Shown here one piece after another: positions 1-40,400 of a stretch of 64,000 bases of DNA. Origin of the DNA: Vicugna vicugna (taxonomy: Eukaryota); NCBI GenBank assembly GCA_013265495.1, contig MU058423.1:9037627-9101626 (forward strand), written 5' to 3'. A program made the translations under genes and the position numbers. Numbering within the stretch: position 1 is the stretch's first letter; each line of letters opens with the position of its first letter. The notes under the pieces are model-generated. The model saw only the letters and a list, made by a program, of their open reading frames with translations, did no database searches and was not told the origin of the DNA.

Positions 1-619
1 CATCAGACCTTGACAACTAAATGCTCTCAAAACTCTTTTTTTGGTTGCAAAAATACATGCTAATAGCCCGAGAGTTTTCATTGTATCACTGCTCTAGAGT
101 TAGAGAATAAAACAACCAAATTAGTATTAGCCATGAAAATAAAACCTTCCACAGCTTTCCTTAAGCCATATTCAAAGCAGAGAGAAATTTTAGATGCTAC
201 ATTGTCTTAGGAAAGCATGTAAGATTGTCACAGATCTTTCATGTAATTGACCTCACATTTGATTCTTGTCTTATGCCATATGTATAAATATAAATGAGGA
301 ATTTATTAGGAAAACATTTACAATACAACGTGTTTTAAAATCTATGAAAGAAACTCATTTTTTAACTTGTAACTGGTACATTGTTTTAACAGAAATGAAG
401 TGAACAGCAGGTAATAATAGTCACTAAACAGTGCCAGGTCACTCACTCCACCCTTGTTTTTCCATTTTAAAGTTGTGTTTTTCCATTCTAAAGTAGCTCA
501 TCTATTGTGTCATCTATTGTGTGATATAAACTCTAAGTTGAATTTATTTATATAAGACGCTAAGCTTGTTGTTGTTTTAATATTTTCAACTAAAGAGTAA
601 AATTCTACCTTGATACCAG

Positions 620-13944
<13,325 letters not shown>

Positions 13945-14867
13945 AGATGGACAAGATGTCCTTGAACTTTCTGAGCCTCCAAAGAGTCTGCAGGGCCCAG
14001 CTGTGCAGCACGTGTTCTTCACTGCAGTTTGTATTATACGTGATTTGTAACGTGTATAAGGTTCTGAGGCACAGTATTTATCCCTATTCTGTTAGGCTTT
14101 TTACTGAAGATGGATAATGGTGAAATCATTCTCCCGGGGCTGTCATATTTTATAGGTCATAGTACAACTTCTTAATATGTCTGAGGTCTTCGTGTCAATG
14201 GATTGAAACTGGCAAGAACAACAAAATGAATATTACTAAAACACAGATACTCATATACAGTATTTGCCCTATTTCTTTCTTTTTTTATTTTAAACAAACT
14301 CTTAATGAAACTTTGCCGTTACACTTAGTTGGGAAAAAGAATTTATGTACAAAAACTTTTCTATGTCCCCACAATAATGCAAATTGTCGTGCAAAGTAAG
14401 TGCAATTATACTTTTAAGATATCCAGGAGTATGTTGCTTTGTAGAGATTATCTTCTGTAAATGTCTTATTTGTATAAATTAATCTTTTAGAAGAGAAAAT
14501 TATAAGCTAATCTTAAAAATTCCCAATTATAGTTTTATAACCAGTAAGGCCATGGAAGGTGTTTGCTTAAAATGGATACACTTGTAGAATTTTGGTAATG
14601 TTTTGGTGTTTTATTGGTAAAAACCTTACCTTTGCAGCCTCGCTTCATGAGGAGGTTACTTAAGTGTAGCGGCCGCTGAGGTTGTCTTATGTTCAGAAGC
14701 CCACTGCCTTTCAACCTTTTTTTTTTTAACTTTCTTGATCTTCAACTGAAAAATAGGACAGATTAAGAAGTTACGGTCTATTCCGTTCCCCGTATGGGCA
14801 GAACTACCCTTTAGTAATTATGGGTAGTTATGGACACACTAAAAGAAAATAATGAATTTTATACAGA

Positions 14868-15312
14868 AATAAAGGGTTCCTCATGATCATTTTGTTAGAG
14901 GCCCACTTGAATCAGAAATAGCATCAAGATGAATTTAATCCAACATTTTGATTTACATTCAGAAATTCAGTCTGTTTCCAATATTGTGTAATTGAATAAT
15001 GTATATCCAAGTGAAGTTTTATGGCAGAAAAGGAAGTCATTTCACTGTCTACTTGACTTTCTCAAAATGGAAATGGTGTATAAATTACAAAGTAATGGGT
15101 CAAATGATGGTTATTTTTAAAATTCAGATAATATGAAAAGTTACAAATAAAATAAAATCGTCCATGATCCTACCACTAATCCTACCACTACTTAGCATTT
15201 TGATCAAGGTATCTGTATACATAGCTATTCTTTTTATAAAAATGGGATCATACTGTATCTGCTATTTTATATAATTTGATTATTTTAATTTAACATATTA
15301 TGAATCAATAAA
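14868..15312 (+). terminator. DBT: Candidate DBT polyadenylation signals
   Basis: AATAAA at 14868-14873, 15146-15156 (two overlapping) and 15307-15312, downstream of the stop; which are used is unknown. Confidence 0.45.
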
Positions 15313-16525
15313 CTGTTCTACATTATCATACTTTTAAATGGCTCCATGGTATTCTACTATTTGCATTTATTATTTATCTAAATATTAAACATCTACTGTA
15401 TACCGAGCGTGGTGCTAAGCACTGGGTACAAAATGCGCATCCTTGTGGCCACTGTCTTCATTGGGCTTACAGTCTAGAGGGGAGACAGATATTTAATAAT
15501 CATAAAAATAAAAATATAATTAGCCTCTAAGTAGGAAAAAAACAGGGTGCCATGAAAGCAGCGAGTAGAGGTTACTGATCCTGCCTAGAACTGAGGAGAG
15601 GAGGTACTATAATTTAACCAATTGATGGCATCTACAGAATTTTAAATGAAGATCGACATGATCAGTAAAAATTTCCCTCTCGTTTAAAATGTGAAAACTA
15701 GGAGAACATGAAACTTGAAATGAGAATGTAATATGTTCCCCCGAAAGTCTAACATCATTGGCTCAAAATAAACCCAGATCCCTGCCATTACCACCTTCTC
15801 TTTTGTCTCATCCTTTGAGAATTCAGCAAAGGATTTGCTTCCCATTGTGTGTTGGACCTTTAAGATGGGAGGGTCCCCTGGAAGGGACAAGGGGGTCAGG
15901 AGCCAAATGGCCCAGCCATTCTTCACAGTATCTGTCCCACATCTTTTCTGATGATTTGAAGCACCGATACAAACATCTCCCAGCCCTGTCATACTAAGCA
16001 GAGAACTTCACCTTCTATCTCCAGAGAAGACAAGGTGATTCAACCTGGGGGTCCTTAATGTCTCCTTTCGTGTCTTCCTCACACCCAGAACTAGGTAGGA
16101 TTCCCTTGGCACACTAATTAAGACTAATTTCCAGTTCTTCATGGAGAAGGTGTTGGAGACTCAGAACTCTCTAAATTTAAAATTTTTATTGTTAATAAAT
16201 GGGGTGGCATAACGTTGTCCATAGAACCATTTCCTTTGCCTTCTGGGCACACGGTTAAATATTTTCCAGCTTAGTCTGCAGTTAGGTAGGGTCATGTGAT
16301 TTATTTCTAGCCATTAGAATATGGGTGGAAGTGATGTAGGTCTTTTCCAGATGTGGCCCATTCAACCTCCCAAGAACTCCAAACACTCTATTTCATCTCC
16401 ATAGCAACCTTGAGGCCTGCATGTTGATGGCAGTCACACAAGGTGGGAGGCACCAGTATTTCCAAACAAGTAGGTGGAGCAAAGCCCCACTCTCTGAGAT
16501 TAATCTCAAAATAGTCCCCTAACTC

Positions 16526-16762
16526 TGAGCTGTCCAGTGCTATAGCCACTAGCCAAAGGTGACTATTCAAATTTTAATTTTAATTATTGTGCCTATTGAA
16601 CAATCGAAATGTGGCTAGTGTAATTCAGAAAATGAATTTTAATTTTATTTAATTGTAATAAATTTAAATGTAAATAGCCACATGTGGCTAGTGGCTACCA
16701 TATTGGACATTGCAGATATAAGAATATTTCCATCATAGAAAATTCTGTTGGATAGTGCTGCT
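16526..16762. mobile_element. MER3/MER33-like (hAT-Charlie)
   Basis: tagccacatgtggctagtggctaccatattggaca palindromic core. Confidence 0.7.
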
Positions 16763-19033
16763 CTAACTGATAAAATGTGGAGAGAACTGTTCTTATTTTT
16801 TAAATAATCACTAGCACACAAAAAAAACCAAACCAAAACAAAACTTCCCTACCTCTCTCTGAGCTAAATTCCCTCTTCCTAAAAGAAGACTCACAACCCT
16901 CCTTTGTCACAAGCTTCCCTTCCTGCTCCTCCCTGCCTTTGCCTGACGAGTTCAGTTTGAATTGCATGGGTGGACTTGAACTCGCAGCCTGGATTCCTTC
17001 CCCGCTGTTCGCCTGTAATCACAGTGTGCTTGGGAAAAGGCTTGGTCACATCTCTCTCCCAAATGTCTCCTAATAGTCCTTTCTAGAGCCACCTCTCTCC
17101 TGAGCTCTATGCAGCTCATCTTCAGTCTTTAGCGTCTCAAGGTCACCACATGTTTCAGTGATGTCTCATCAGACAGACCAAGTCAATTCTGAACTATTTA
17201 TGCCAAACCTGAGATGGTTCTTGTTACCTTTGGCATCCCATCAAAATAACCACAAGCATTTTTATGGGACAGAAGGCAATATTATTTAGGCGAACACTGA
17301 AGGTAGCATGACTCGTTGATGTTCACAAGCTCAGAATTAAACAGAAATAAATTCATTATGAGGTGGTCCCAGTATTGAGCAGAAAGGCTTTAACCAGAAA
17401 CGAATTCGTGTGCTAATCAAGAACCCTGTGAGAGAACTCTAGTCCAGCTTGCTAAAACTGAGCAGAAGAATTTGGAGGCAGTCCAGAGGAGCCACAAAAA
17501 CAAGCCTGACATGCATCACTGCAGTTCTGTTATGAAGAGGACATCTATATCAGGCTTTTACTGAGCACTACATGGAATGTTGCAACGCAAAGCATGGGGA
17601 ACAGCTGTTGTGGGTCTTAACAAAAGTCAGGACAGGGGAAATGAGAGCAGGTGGGAGATCGAGAATTCAGCTTAGATGCAGGGGGAAAGGCAGGACAGCC
17701 AAAGAAGGGTTCATTCTCATCTCAGGCTGAGGAGGGGGCAGTCTCGGGCAACAGGCGGCACAGTGCCCCTACCCACCCACATTCCCAGAGGAACCATCAG
17801 ACTGTGTTCAACCTGTGATAAACTATTAACTTGAAGTTTGCTGCAAGAATCCTCTAAATATGTGGTACATAGCTCTAGAAATATGATAAATAGGAAAGTA
17901 AAGAAAAGAAAGTTTGTAAAGTCTGTACAAAAGTTGCAAGCGTGCAATCATCTGGAAAAACCCAGCGACTTAATTTCCTGGAGAAATGCAGCCAGAGTTC
18001 AAACTGCAGTAACCGAGGTAAGTCAGGGCGATGGTAGGTGTAATTAAATAATTGGAAACTGCTGGCATAAATATAAATCTGAACATGACTAACAGTTTGA
18101 AATATTAGATATTCAGATTTGACAGAGAAGAGTCAGTCGCCAGGCTAAGCCATCACACTAACCACTCTGCAAACCAAGGGCTTTACAAATCACATCAGAA
18201 CCTGGCCTTCGTACCTTTGTGTTTTTGGCAAAGATTAATAGAACTCCTCCCTGAACCTTGATGTTGATTTATGAGCATATTCAAGGCAGCCGTGTGTGGG
18301 ATGGTGCAAACTCTCTGGACAGGGAGGTTAGAGCTGAGATCCTGTGACCTTCTTTCCTCTTTCTGTGATCTTAAGCAACCCCATAAGTCTCTGATCTTAT
18401 TCATTATAGAAGCATTAGAGAATTCCTATGGGATAATCTGGGACTTAAAACACCAAAACTGCCCAAGTGTCCAAGTAGCGAAACAACTTGTGACCCACTT
18501 GCATGCCAAAATGTTATGGAGCCATTAGGAAGAATGATGTAACTCTAAGTATACTAATATGAAACTATTTCCAAGGTATTCTGAGTGAGGAAAAAACATG
18601 GCATGGAACAATGTATATAGTGTGCTGCCCTGTATATGTGTGTACATCCCAGCATGTGTGTGTGCTTTTAAAGACGTATTCATACTTGTAAATTCACAGC
18701 CCGTCTTTGGAAGGGCACAGGAGTAACTGGTGATAGTGACTGCCTTCAGGAAGAGAACTAAAAGGCTGGAGGTGAGGGGAATTCATTACCTTTTGAAATT
18801 TGCCCCATGTGCATGTATTTCCAATTCAAAAATAGATACATATATATTTGTTAAAGAACCAGGAATTAGCTCCTATCTATGAGGTCTGAGGAGCTAAAGG
18901 TTGAGAGAGAATTAAATTTGAAGCCTGGATACAGCGGAAGCTTGGGGCTTCTATGTTACCCACATCTATCCACACCTTTATTTTTCTTTTTTTCTGACAC
19001 AGTTGCACATTTAATTTAAATATTTAAGTATCT

Positions 19034-19254
19034 GAGGGGGAGGGTAAACTCAAGTGGTAGAGTGAGTGCTTAGCATGCATAAGGTCCTGCGTTCAATTTC
19101 CAGTACCTCCATTTAAAAAAAATTAAAAAATAATAAATAAATAAACCTAATTACCTCCCCTCACACCTATACATACACACACACACACACACAAATATAC
19201 ATATATATACATATATATATATATGTAAACCTAATTCCCCCCAAAAAACTTAAA
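19034..19254 (+). mobile_element. tRNA-Ala-derived SINE (vic-1-like) with CA/TA microsatellite in its tail
   Basis: tRNA head; TSD AAATATTTAA(G/A)TATCT at 19018-19033 and 19255-19270. Confidence 0.88.
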
Positions 19255-19539
19255 AAATATTTAAATATCTCTGGCTTACCAGGTAGGGTTTTGTTATACA
19301 CATCTGCATATTTCCAAACTTCTTGGCTTGGAACAGATTCATTAGATTCTAGTAAACACTCAAAACGTGCAAATCATGAAAAGTGAGGACTTTTCAATAG
19401 CAATTACTTTGCAGGAGCTTTGAAATAGTTATGCTGGATGATTTTATAATGCCTACAGCCCAGCGTTTTGCAGTGCACAGAATGCGCTCACATACATTAT
19501 CGGTTGATCCTTTGCACAGAAGCTCCATGTGATTTTTGC

Positions 19540-19721
19540 TATTCTCAGCTTTGTCCATGAACTAAAATTAGAACTGGGCTGACATGACATTTCACTTGGT
19601 TACGGTCTGACTGAGGATTTTAATCATTCGGGGTCACACTGGAAACAATTCTCCCCGCAATCTACCCCTAGCTGATAATCGCTAACTCTGGGCATGTCAG
19701 CTTCTGCATCCACCGACCATG
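19540..19721 (+). promoter_or_regulatory. LRRC39: Probable LRRC39 muscle promoter and non-coding first exon
   Basis: MEF2 consensus CTAAAATTAG 19562-19571, tandem TGACA, TGATAA 19673-19678, strong donor ATG|gtaagt after 19721; TSS not determinable. Confidence 0.55.
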
Positions 19722-20755
19722 GTAAGTGTTTTCCAAAAACATTTTTTTCCCATTCTTCACATATAAATAGACTGCTGTTGGTGCCTTTACTGTGTCTGTA
19801 TTTGCTGGAATGTTCAAATAAATTTAGAATTGAATTTAAAAGTCTTTTGGGGGTTCATAGCCATTATGTAGTTGTCTTCCTCTGGAAGACTGATTTCTCT
19901 AGAAGTCAAGAGGCATTTTGTCTGCGGTTGTATTTCTTTTGCTTCCTTTTGGCTCTGCGAAGCTGACTCCCCAGTCATGTCATAGCCATGCTTACTTCAC
20001 TGCCATGCTGTGTGCTTTTCTCTTACAGAAACCATCAAGGTAGAGAACACAGTCCTATGCTGGAGGCAGAAATACATGTATCACTACTGACTTGTCTTCC
20101 TCAAAGGGATATTGATCACTATTATTGAAAAACGCATGGCTGACTAAAGTTTAATGGCAAATGGGGAAATGAATTAGAAACTGAATAGCTATATACGTGT
20201 CTAGTAAAATACACATTTACGTTAGATCCTTGGGATTAAAAAAAAATTCTATTATTTGATAATACTTTAAACCTGCTTACACCTGGGACAATAAATTGTA
20301 GTTGGACTGTGATATACCCAGGGGGTTATATTACCAGCATAAGCAGATGCCAAGGTTTCTCGATGGCAAAACAATCTTGCAACTCTGTTCCTGCGTGCAT
20401 GGCTTAAAAATAAGGACCCCCTCCTAATAATTTTCTGTATTGACAATTACATATTCATCCTGAAATGTTAAACATTTTTCCTTTGTAATACATTTTTCTT
20501 CCTCTCTCGGTCTCTTTCTTTCTGTCACACACACATCACATACTTTCAGTTTAAAGAAATCAGTAATTTAGAGGAGATTAATAATCAAAAGCAACATTCT
20601 CTACCTCATTTCTATCACCCTAGAAGTAACCATTTTAACTATCTCGGAATTTAGTTTTCAATTGTTATCTCCATAATAATTTTTTTCTTCTCAAAAGCAG
20701 TTATGCTGTTTCTTATCAGCTCTATTATCCATGGACTTTCATTACAAAAGATGAT

Positions 20756-20886
20756 GCTCAGTGGTAAAGTGCATGTTCAGCCTCCATGAGGTCTTGGCTT
20801 CAATCCCCAGTACTTCCATTTAAAAAAATTAATCTAAAAAATAAATCATTTTTAAAAAAAAACCTTAATTACCTCCTCCCCCTCAA
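20756..20886 (+). mobile_element. 5'-truncated tRNA-Ala-derived SINE
   Basis: Begins at GCTCAGTGG; TSD AAAAGATGATGCT at 20746-20758 and 20887-20899. Confidence 0.85.
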
Positions 20887-21886
20887 AAAAGATGATGCTT
20901 AAGTTTGCCTACACACCCATAGAGTTAATCCCTATTTTTAACCTCTCTTTTGATTGCCTTTATGACTTAAAACAAATACTTAAATCTCTATTTCTTATTT
21001 TTTTTAATTAAGCATCGTTGGTTTACAATGTTATGTTAATTTCTGGTGTACAGCATAATGATTCAATGTTTAATTGTATTAACATTTGTATATATGTTCT
21101 TTTTCATTATAGGTTATTAACAGATATTGTATATAATTTAGATTTCCCTGATTACTAAATACTCCAGTAAAATTTCCCATGACATGGATGTACTATAATT
21201 CACTTGTAGAAAGTTACATTCTTTTCAATCTTCTGCTGTTATGGAGAACACTCTAGTGAAAAACTTTGTAATATGTCATTTTACAATTGAAAATATTTGC
21301 AATATAAATTCCTACAAGTTTAAATGTGGCTTTGTAAGTTTAATAGATATTATCAAAATTCTCTCCATAGAGAATCTAACAGTACATTCTGTCACCTTTA
21401 GTGCATGAGTGCCTGTTTCCCTATGCTGTTGCAAATTTCACTTTTTCCTTTCCAAACTTTATACCTTTCTACTTAATTTTCTTGCATTATGGTTTTCCAG
21501 TATAATGTTGAATAGAATTTGTAATTATGGACATCTTTGACTTCTTGAATTTTGAAGAAGAAAGTTTAATTAATTGTAAATCAAGTTCTTTTATTATTGC
21601 TAATCTAATTTGGTAAAAAAAAATCAATACCATTATTTGTAAAGCGAAGAACATTCCATCAGACAGATCTACCGTAATTTACATAACCATCACCCTATTA
21701 TTATTTTCCTTTTATTTCAGAGCTTCAGGCCACAATCCTCAATGTTAGATCCGTCTGCTTGCAATTTATTTTACATAAGAACAAACAATCCCAGTATATT
21801 ATCACTTGACTGAATCCCAGCTTGTGCAGACAGCATCTAGATTAAGTAGACATCCCAAGATGCCTGCTGATCTTATGTATCTGTTT

Positions 21887-21960
21887 TATATATATTTTTT
21901 ATTTTTATTTTTTTAACATTTTTTATTGAGTTACAGTCATTTTACAATGTTGTGTCAAAT
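21887..21960 (-). mobile_element. Extremely truncated L1 3' tip
   Basis: Perfect 16-bp TSD TCTTATGTATCTGTTT at 21871-21886 and 21961-21976; L1 terminal sequence plus T-rich tail. Confidence 0.8.
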
Positions 21961-22412
21961 TCTTATGTATCTGTTTATTAAACATTTTCCTATAATTGGA
22001 CATGTAAACTAGTGCCAATTTTTTGTCATTGTGAATTAATAGTAACAAAGGAAGTAGACTTGGCATCAATTGCCACCTTTATCATTTATTAGGGATGAGA
22101 CCTTAAATTGCCCACCTTTTTTAGGGCTTGGTTTTCTCATCTGTATTTTAGAGACGACAAAGGTACTCATGCCTTGGTATTTTTAATATGAGAATTGTTA
22201 AGTGAAACGTGGCATGTAAAGTGCATAAAATAGTTCTGGGAATATGGAAAGTGTTCAATAAATATAAGCTGTTATGACCATTAGGGGACTCAATAAATAT
22301 GTGGAAACACATTGGTTTGGTTTTTTTTTTTTCTCTGTTACAATCAGGTCCTTTCTGAGATGGCATCTGCGATTCAGCTATTCAAAATTTAATGAAGTTA
22401 GTGACTCTGTGA

Positions 22413-37032
<14,620 letters not shown>

Positions 37033-37261
37033 TAAAATTCAAGATGCCCTGCTGAAGAGGATTACTTTGGGAATTTAGTGAATTCTCTACTGTTTGGACT
37101 TCTGAAGTGAAAAAACAAAGCTACTACCAAAGTTCATTGAGGCCACAACATTTTTAAAAGTTCATGTTACCTGCTATTTAAATTATACTTTCATGAATAT
37201 AAAAATACAATTAAAAAATTTTTTTGGTGGAAGACAGATGTTGTTCAAAATTTCGTTTCCA

Positions 37262-37454
37262 TTAAGCAGTTGTTTCTGGTGTTGAACGACTTGGTAAAGC
37301 AGTTAACAATACATTTTCCAAAGACACCAGAGGGTCTGTATAATACTGTAAAGCAGGACTGAATCCTTTCTGCTGTAAATACTTGATTCGGCCTTGGTCA
37401 ATCAGCAATTTACAAAGATGCCCTATTTTCTTCTTTTCTTCAACGGTAAGAAAC
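37262..37454 (-). CDS. TRMT13: TRMT13 last coding exon ([11 protein letters not shown]...PETTA*)
   Basis: atttag| acceptor on minus strand, TAA at 37264-37262. Confidence 0.94.
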
Positions 37455-40400
37455 CTAAATTGAATAAACACATACAACACATTGTTAAAATTCTGTAAAC
37501 ATTTATATTAGTCATTTCTGTTTATTGGTAAATTGCTAAATAACCCACAGTATATTAGGTGCTATATCCCATGCTTACAACTTTTATTTATGCCACAATA
37601 AAAGTGTGTGCATTTTCTCTTCTTCTAAAATTAGATGGTAAATAATATATTTTCATAAATAAGTTTTTGGTAACACTCATCTCAAAAGAAAGCATAGTAA
37701 TAATAACATATTTCTGCTCTAGTGTTACTCTTTCAAAGGAGTCACTTACCCAGGCAAACTCTCAGCGCCGTCATCTGTGGCTCCATGCCTTCCATCATCG
37801 TGCTCCTCGCTGTCATCGTTCGGTTTATCTTTTCTCTTTGTGGAAATATCTGACGCTTCCAAAGCTGTTTTTCGCATCCCACAAGTGGCCCAACTACTCA
37901 TTCGCTGGAAATAGTGGAATTCCACTGCTCCAAGGCCTAGGGCCCTGAAATATTCTTTGCCCACATAATGTCTCCAATCACACCTGTGGTGACAACAGAG
38001 TGCAATAACAATGCCAGCCACAGGGGTCCACTTCTCTGGGACATTTTTTTCATTTCCTTCCTTGGCCAAAGTGTTAATTTCTTTCTCTGTTTTATCATTC
38101 TTTATGCGTTTGGCTAAAGGTTCTTCATTCCTTTCCTCACAACTGGCAGCATAGGTTTCAACCAAACATCGTAATGCAAGATCTGCAAACACAATTATGT
38201 GGCCCCCCAAACCACATCATCTTTAAAAATGAATATCTTTTACATTTATTAGGCAGTATGGTTTTCAAAAACCCAACAACAAAAACCTACTTAGCTTCAT
38301 ACTTGTAATAATTCTTTTATGAATTATCAACTTTGCTCATATTTGCTCTTTTCTCTTATTGTATCAGTTTCTCTATTGATTTATTCTGCATAAAGTCTAC
38401 TTCCCCAAAAGACTGTCTGAAGTTTAAGATTTACAACTTGTAAAACTTTTAGTCCAGCTATTCAAATTGGCTCTCATTTCTCCTACGTTGGCTGAGGAAA
38501 TGACTTGTATAGAAAAAAAAATTTATTATCTACACTTACATTCTAGGGAAGTTTTGAGCTTAAGGAATCCAAAGAAAGAAAAGGGAAAGGCATCGACTGA
38601 GCATCTGCTAAAGTTGATGTCATGTGTCAGTCCCGAAAGATGTTCACAGGAAATAGTAGAGCTGAGAAGAGGGGGGTCAAAATATGGAAAGTAGGCCTCC
38701 CTGAGTAGCCTTACTGAAGTTATGCGTAACTCAGCCAATACTTACTGAATGTCTTTCATGAGCAAGGCTTTGAGAATACATGATGATTAATAAACACGAT
38801 CTTAGAGGTGGATGTACTTTATATTAAAATGAAAAATTTACAGTACATTTAAAAACTAAACAAACGGGTTTTGATGACTATGACAATTTCCCACTGCAGA
38901 TTGCTATGTTGTTCACAATACTGGGAAGACCTTAAATAGATGCTATAAAATCCACATTTTCTTTCTGATTAGACAGACTGTCACACTGTGCTTGTTCAAT
39001 CAAAAACATGTAGTTTTAAATTTTATTACCCCAAGATGTCACAAGTGGATAGTAAATAACTTGATATTTTATTAGTAAATTTAATCCAATATATGAATTT
39101 AAGTCAACAAACATTATTGGGAACCTCTTATTTGGAGAAACTGACAGGTAATCTATTATTTCATAAACTAGTATTTTCTGATGAAATATATTCAGTCACT
39201 ATTTTACTTATTCTGGACTTAAGTAAATGGTCTTCAGGAATGTGAATAATCAGGTAACTTACTAAAAGAACAGAGTTATTTTAGAATCTATCTCAACCCC
39301 TCCTTTATAGAGAACTTAAGGGACAAAGCCACAGACCTAAAAAGGAACCAGGAAATACAGCAAATTGGCGGCCAAGATTATTTATTCATTCAAAGATTTA
39401 CTGAGTTCCTGTTATGTACCAAACATCACGTAAGCACACTCCCTATACTAAAAAAAAAAAAAAAAAAAAAAAAAAGNNNNNNNNNNNNNNNNNNNNNNNN
39501 NNNNNNNNNNNNNNNNNNNNNNNNNNNNNNNNNNNNNNNNNNNNNNNNNNNNNNNNNNNNNNNNNNNNNNNNNNNNNNNNNNNNNNNNNNNNNNNNNNNN
39601 NNNNNNNNNNNNNNNNNNNNNNNNNNNNNNNNNNNNNNNNNNNNNNNAAAAAAAAAAAAAAAAAAAAAATCAGAGGATAGTGGGAGAATTAGATATAAAG
39701 AGACAATTAAAATACAATGAGGTAAAGATATGCAGAGGCAATTATGATAAATACTAAGGAAGAGTCTTTAGGGAGGTTCCCTGAAAGTGACACAACTGAG
39801 CTGAAGGCTGAGGAGAGACTGAGCAGTTTTAGAAACTGACACAGTATAGTATAAAGGAAAAGTACACCGGGTTTGAATCCGCAGACCAACAAATACGGAG
39901 GCAGGAAGTGGCAAAGAGAGGAAGGCAGAGGCCAGACTGAGACCAGGATGCCATGTTGAAGAGCTTGGACTTAATGATGTAGGTGACTGGGAGCTACTGA
40001 AGAGTTTTAAGAAGGGGAAAGACACACTGGGTGTGTGACAGATGGGTCTGAATATTAGTATTTAAAGGACATATAGTGTTAGGACACCATGTAAGATACA
40101 GAGAAAGAATGGCATAGATGTAGGGGAAGAACCAGGAAAGAAGAGTGTCAGAAAAGAGAAGAAAACAGAATTTCAAGAAGGGTAGGCAGCAACAGCAGAG
40201 ATTTTTCAGTGAGGTAACGATAGAGTAATGAAAGGAGAATTCAGACAGAGTGAATCAAGGGCCGGGGGAGTATTTGGAACAATGAGAAATGGCCAGGATA
40301 GGTTATATTTCTGGGAAACTTGGGTTAGATGGGTAGGAGTAAAGGAATATTCTTTGTTTCCTCCCCAGGACAGAACTGGCTTACTTCAGAAGGCTTTTAT

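Noticed and set aside
39414..39680. Poly-Lys ORF
   Set aside because: Artefact of poly-A runs and the N gap.
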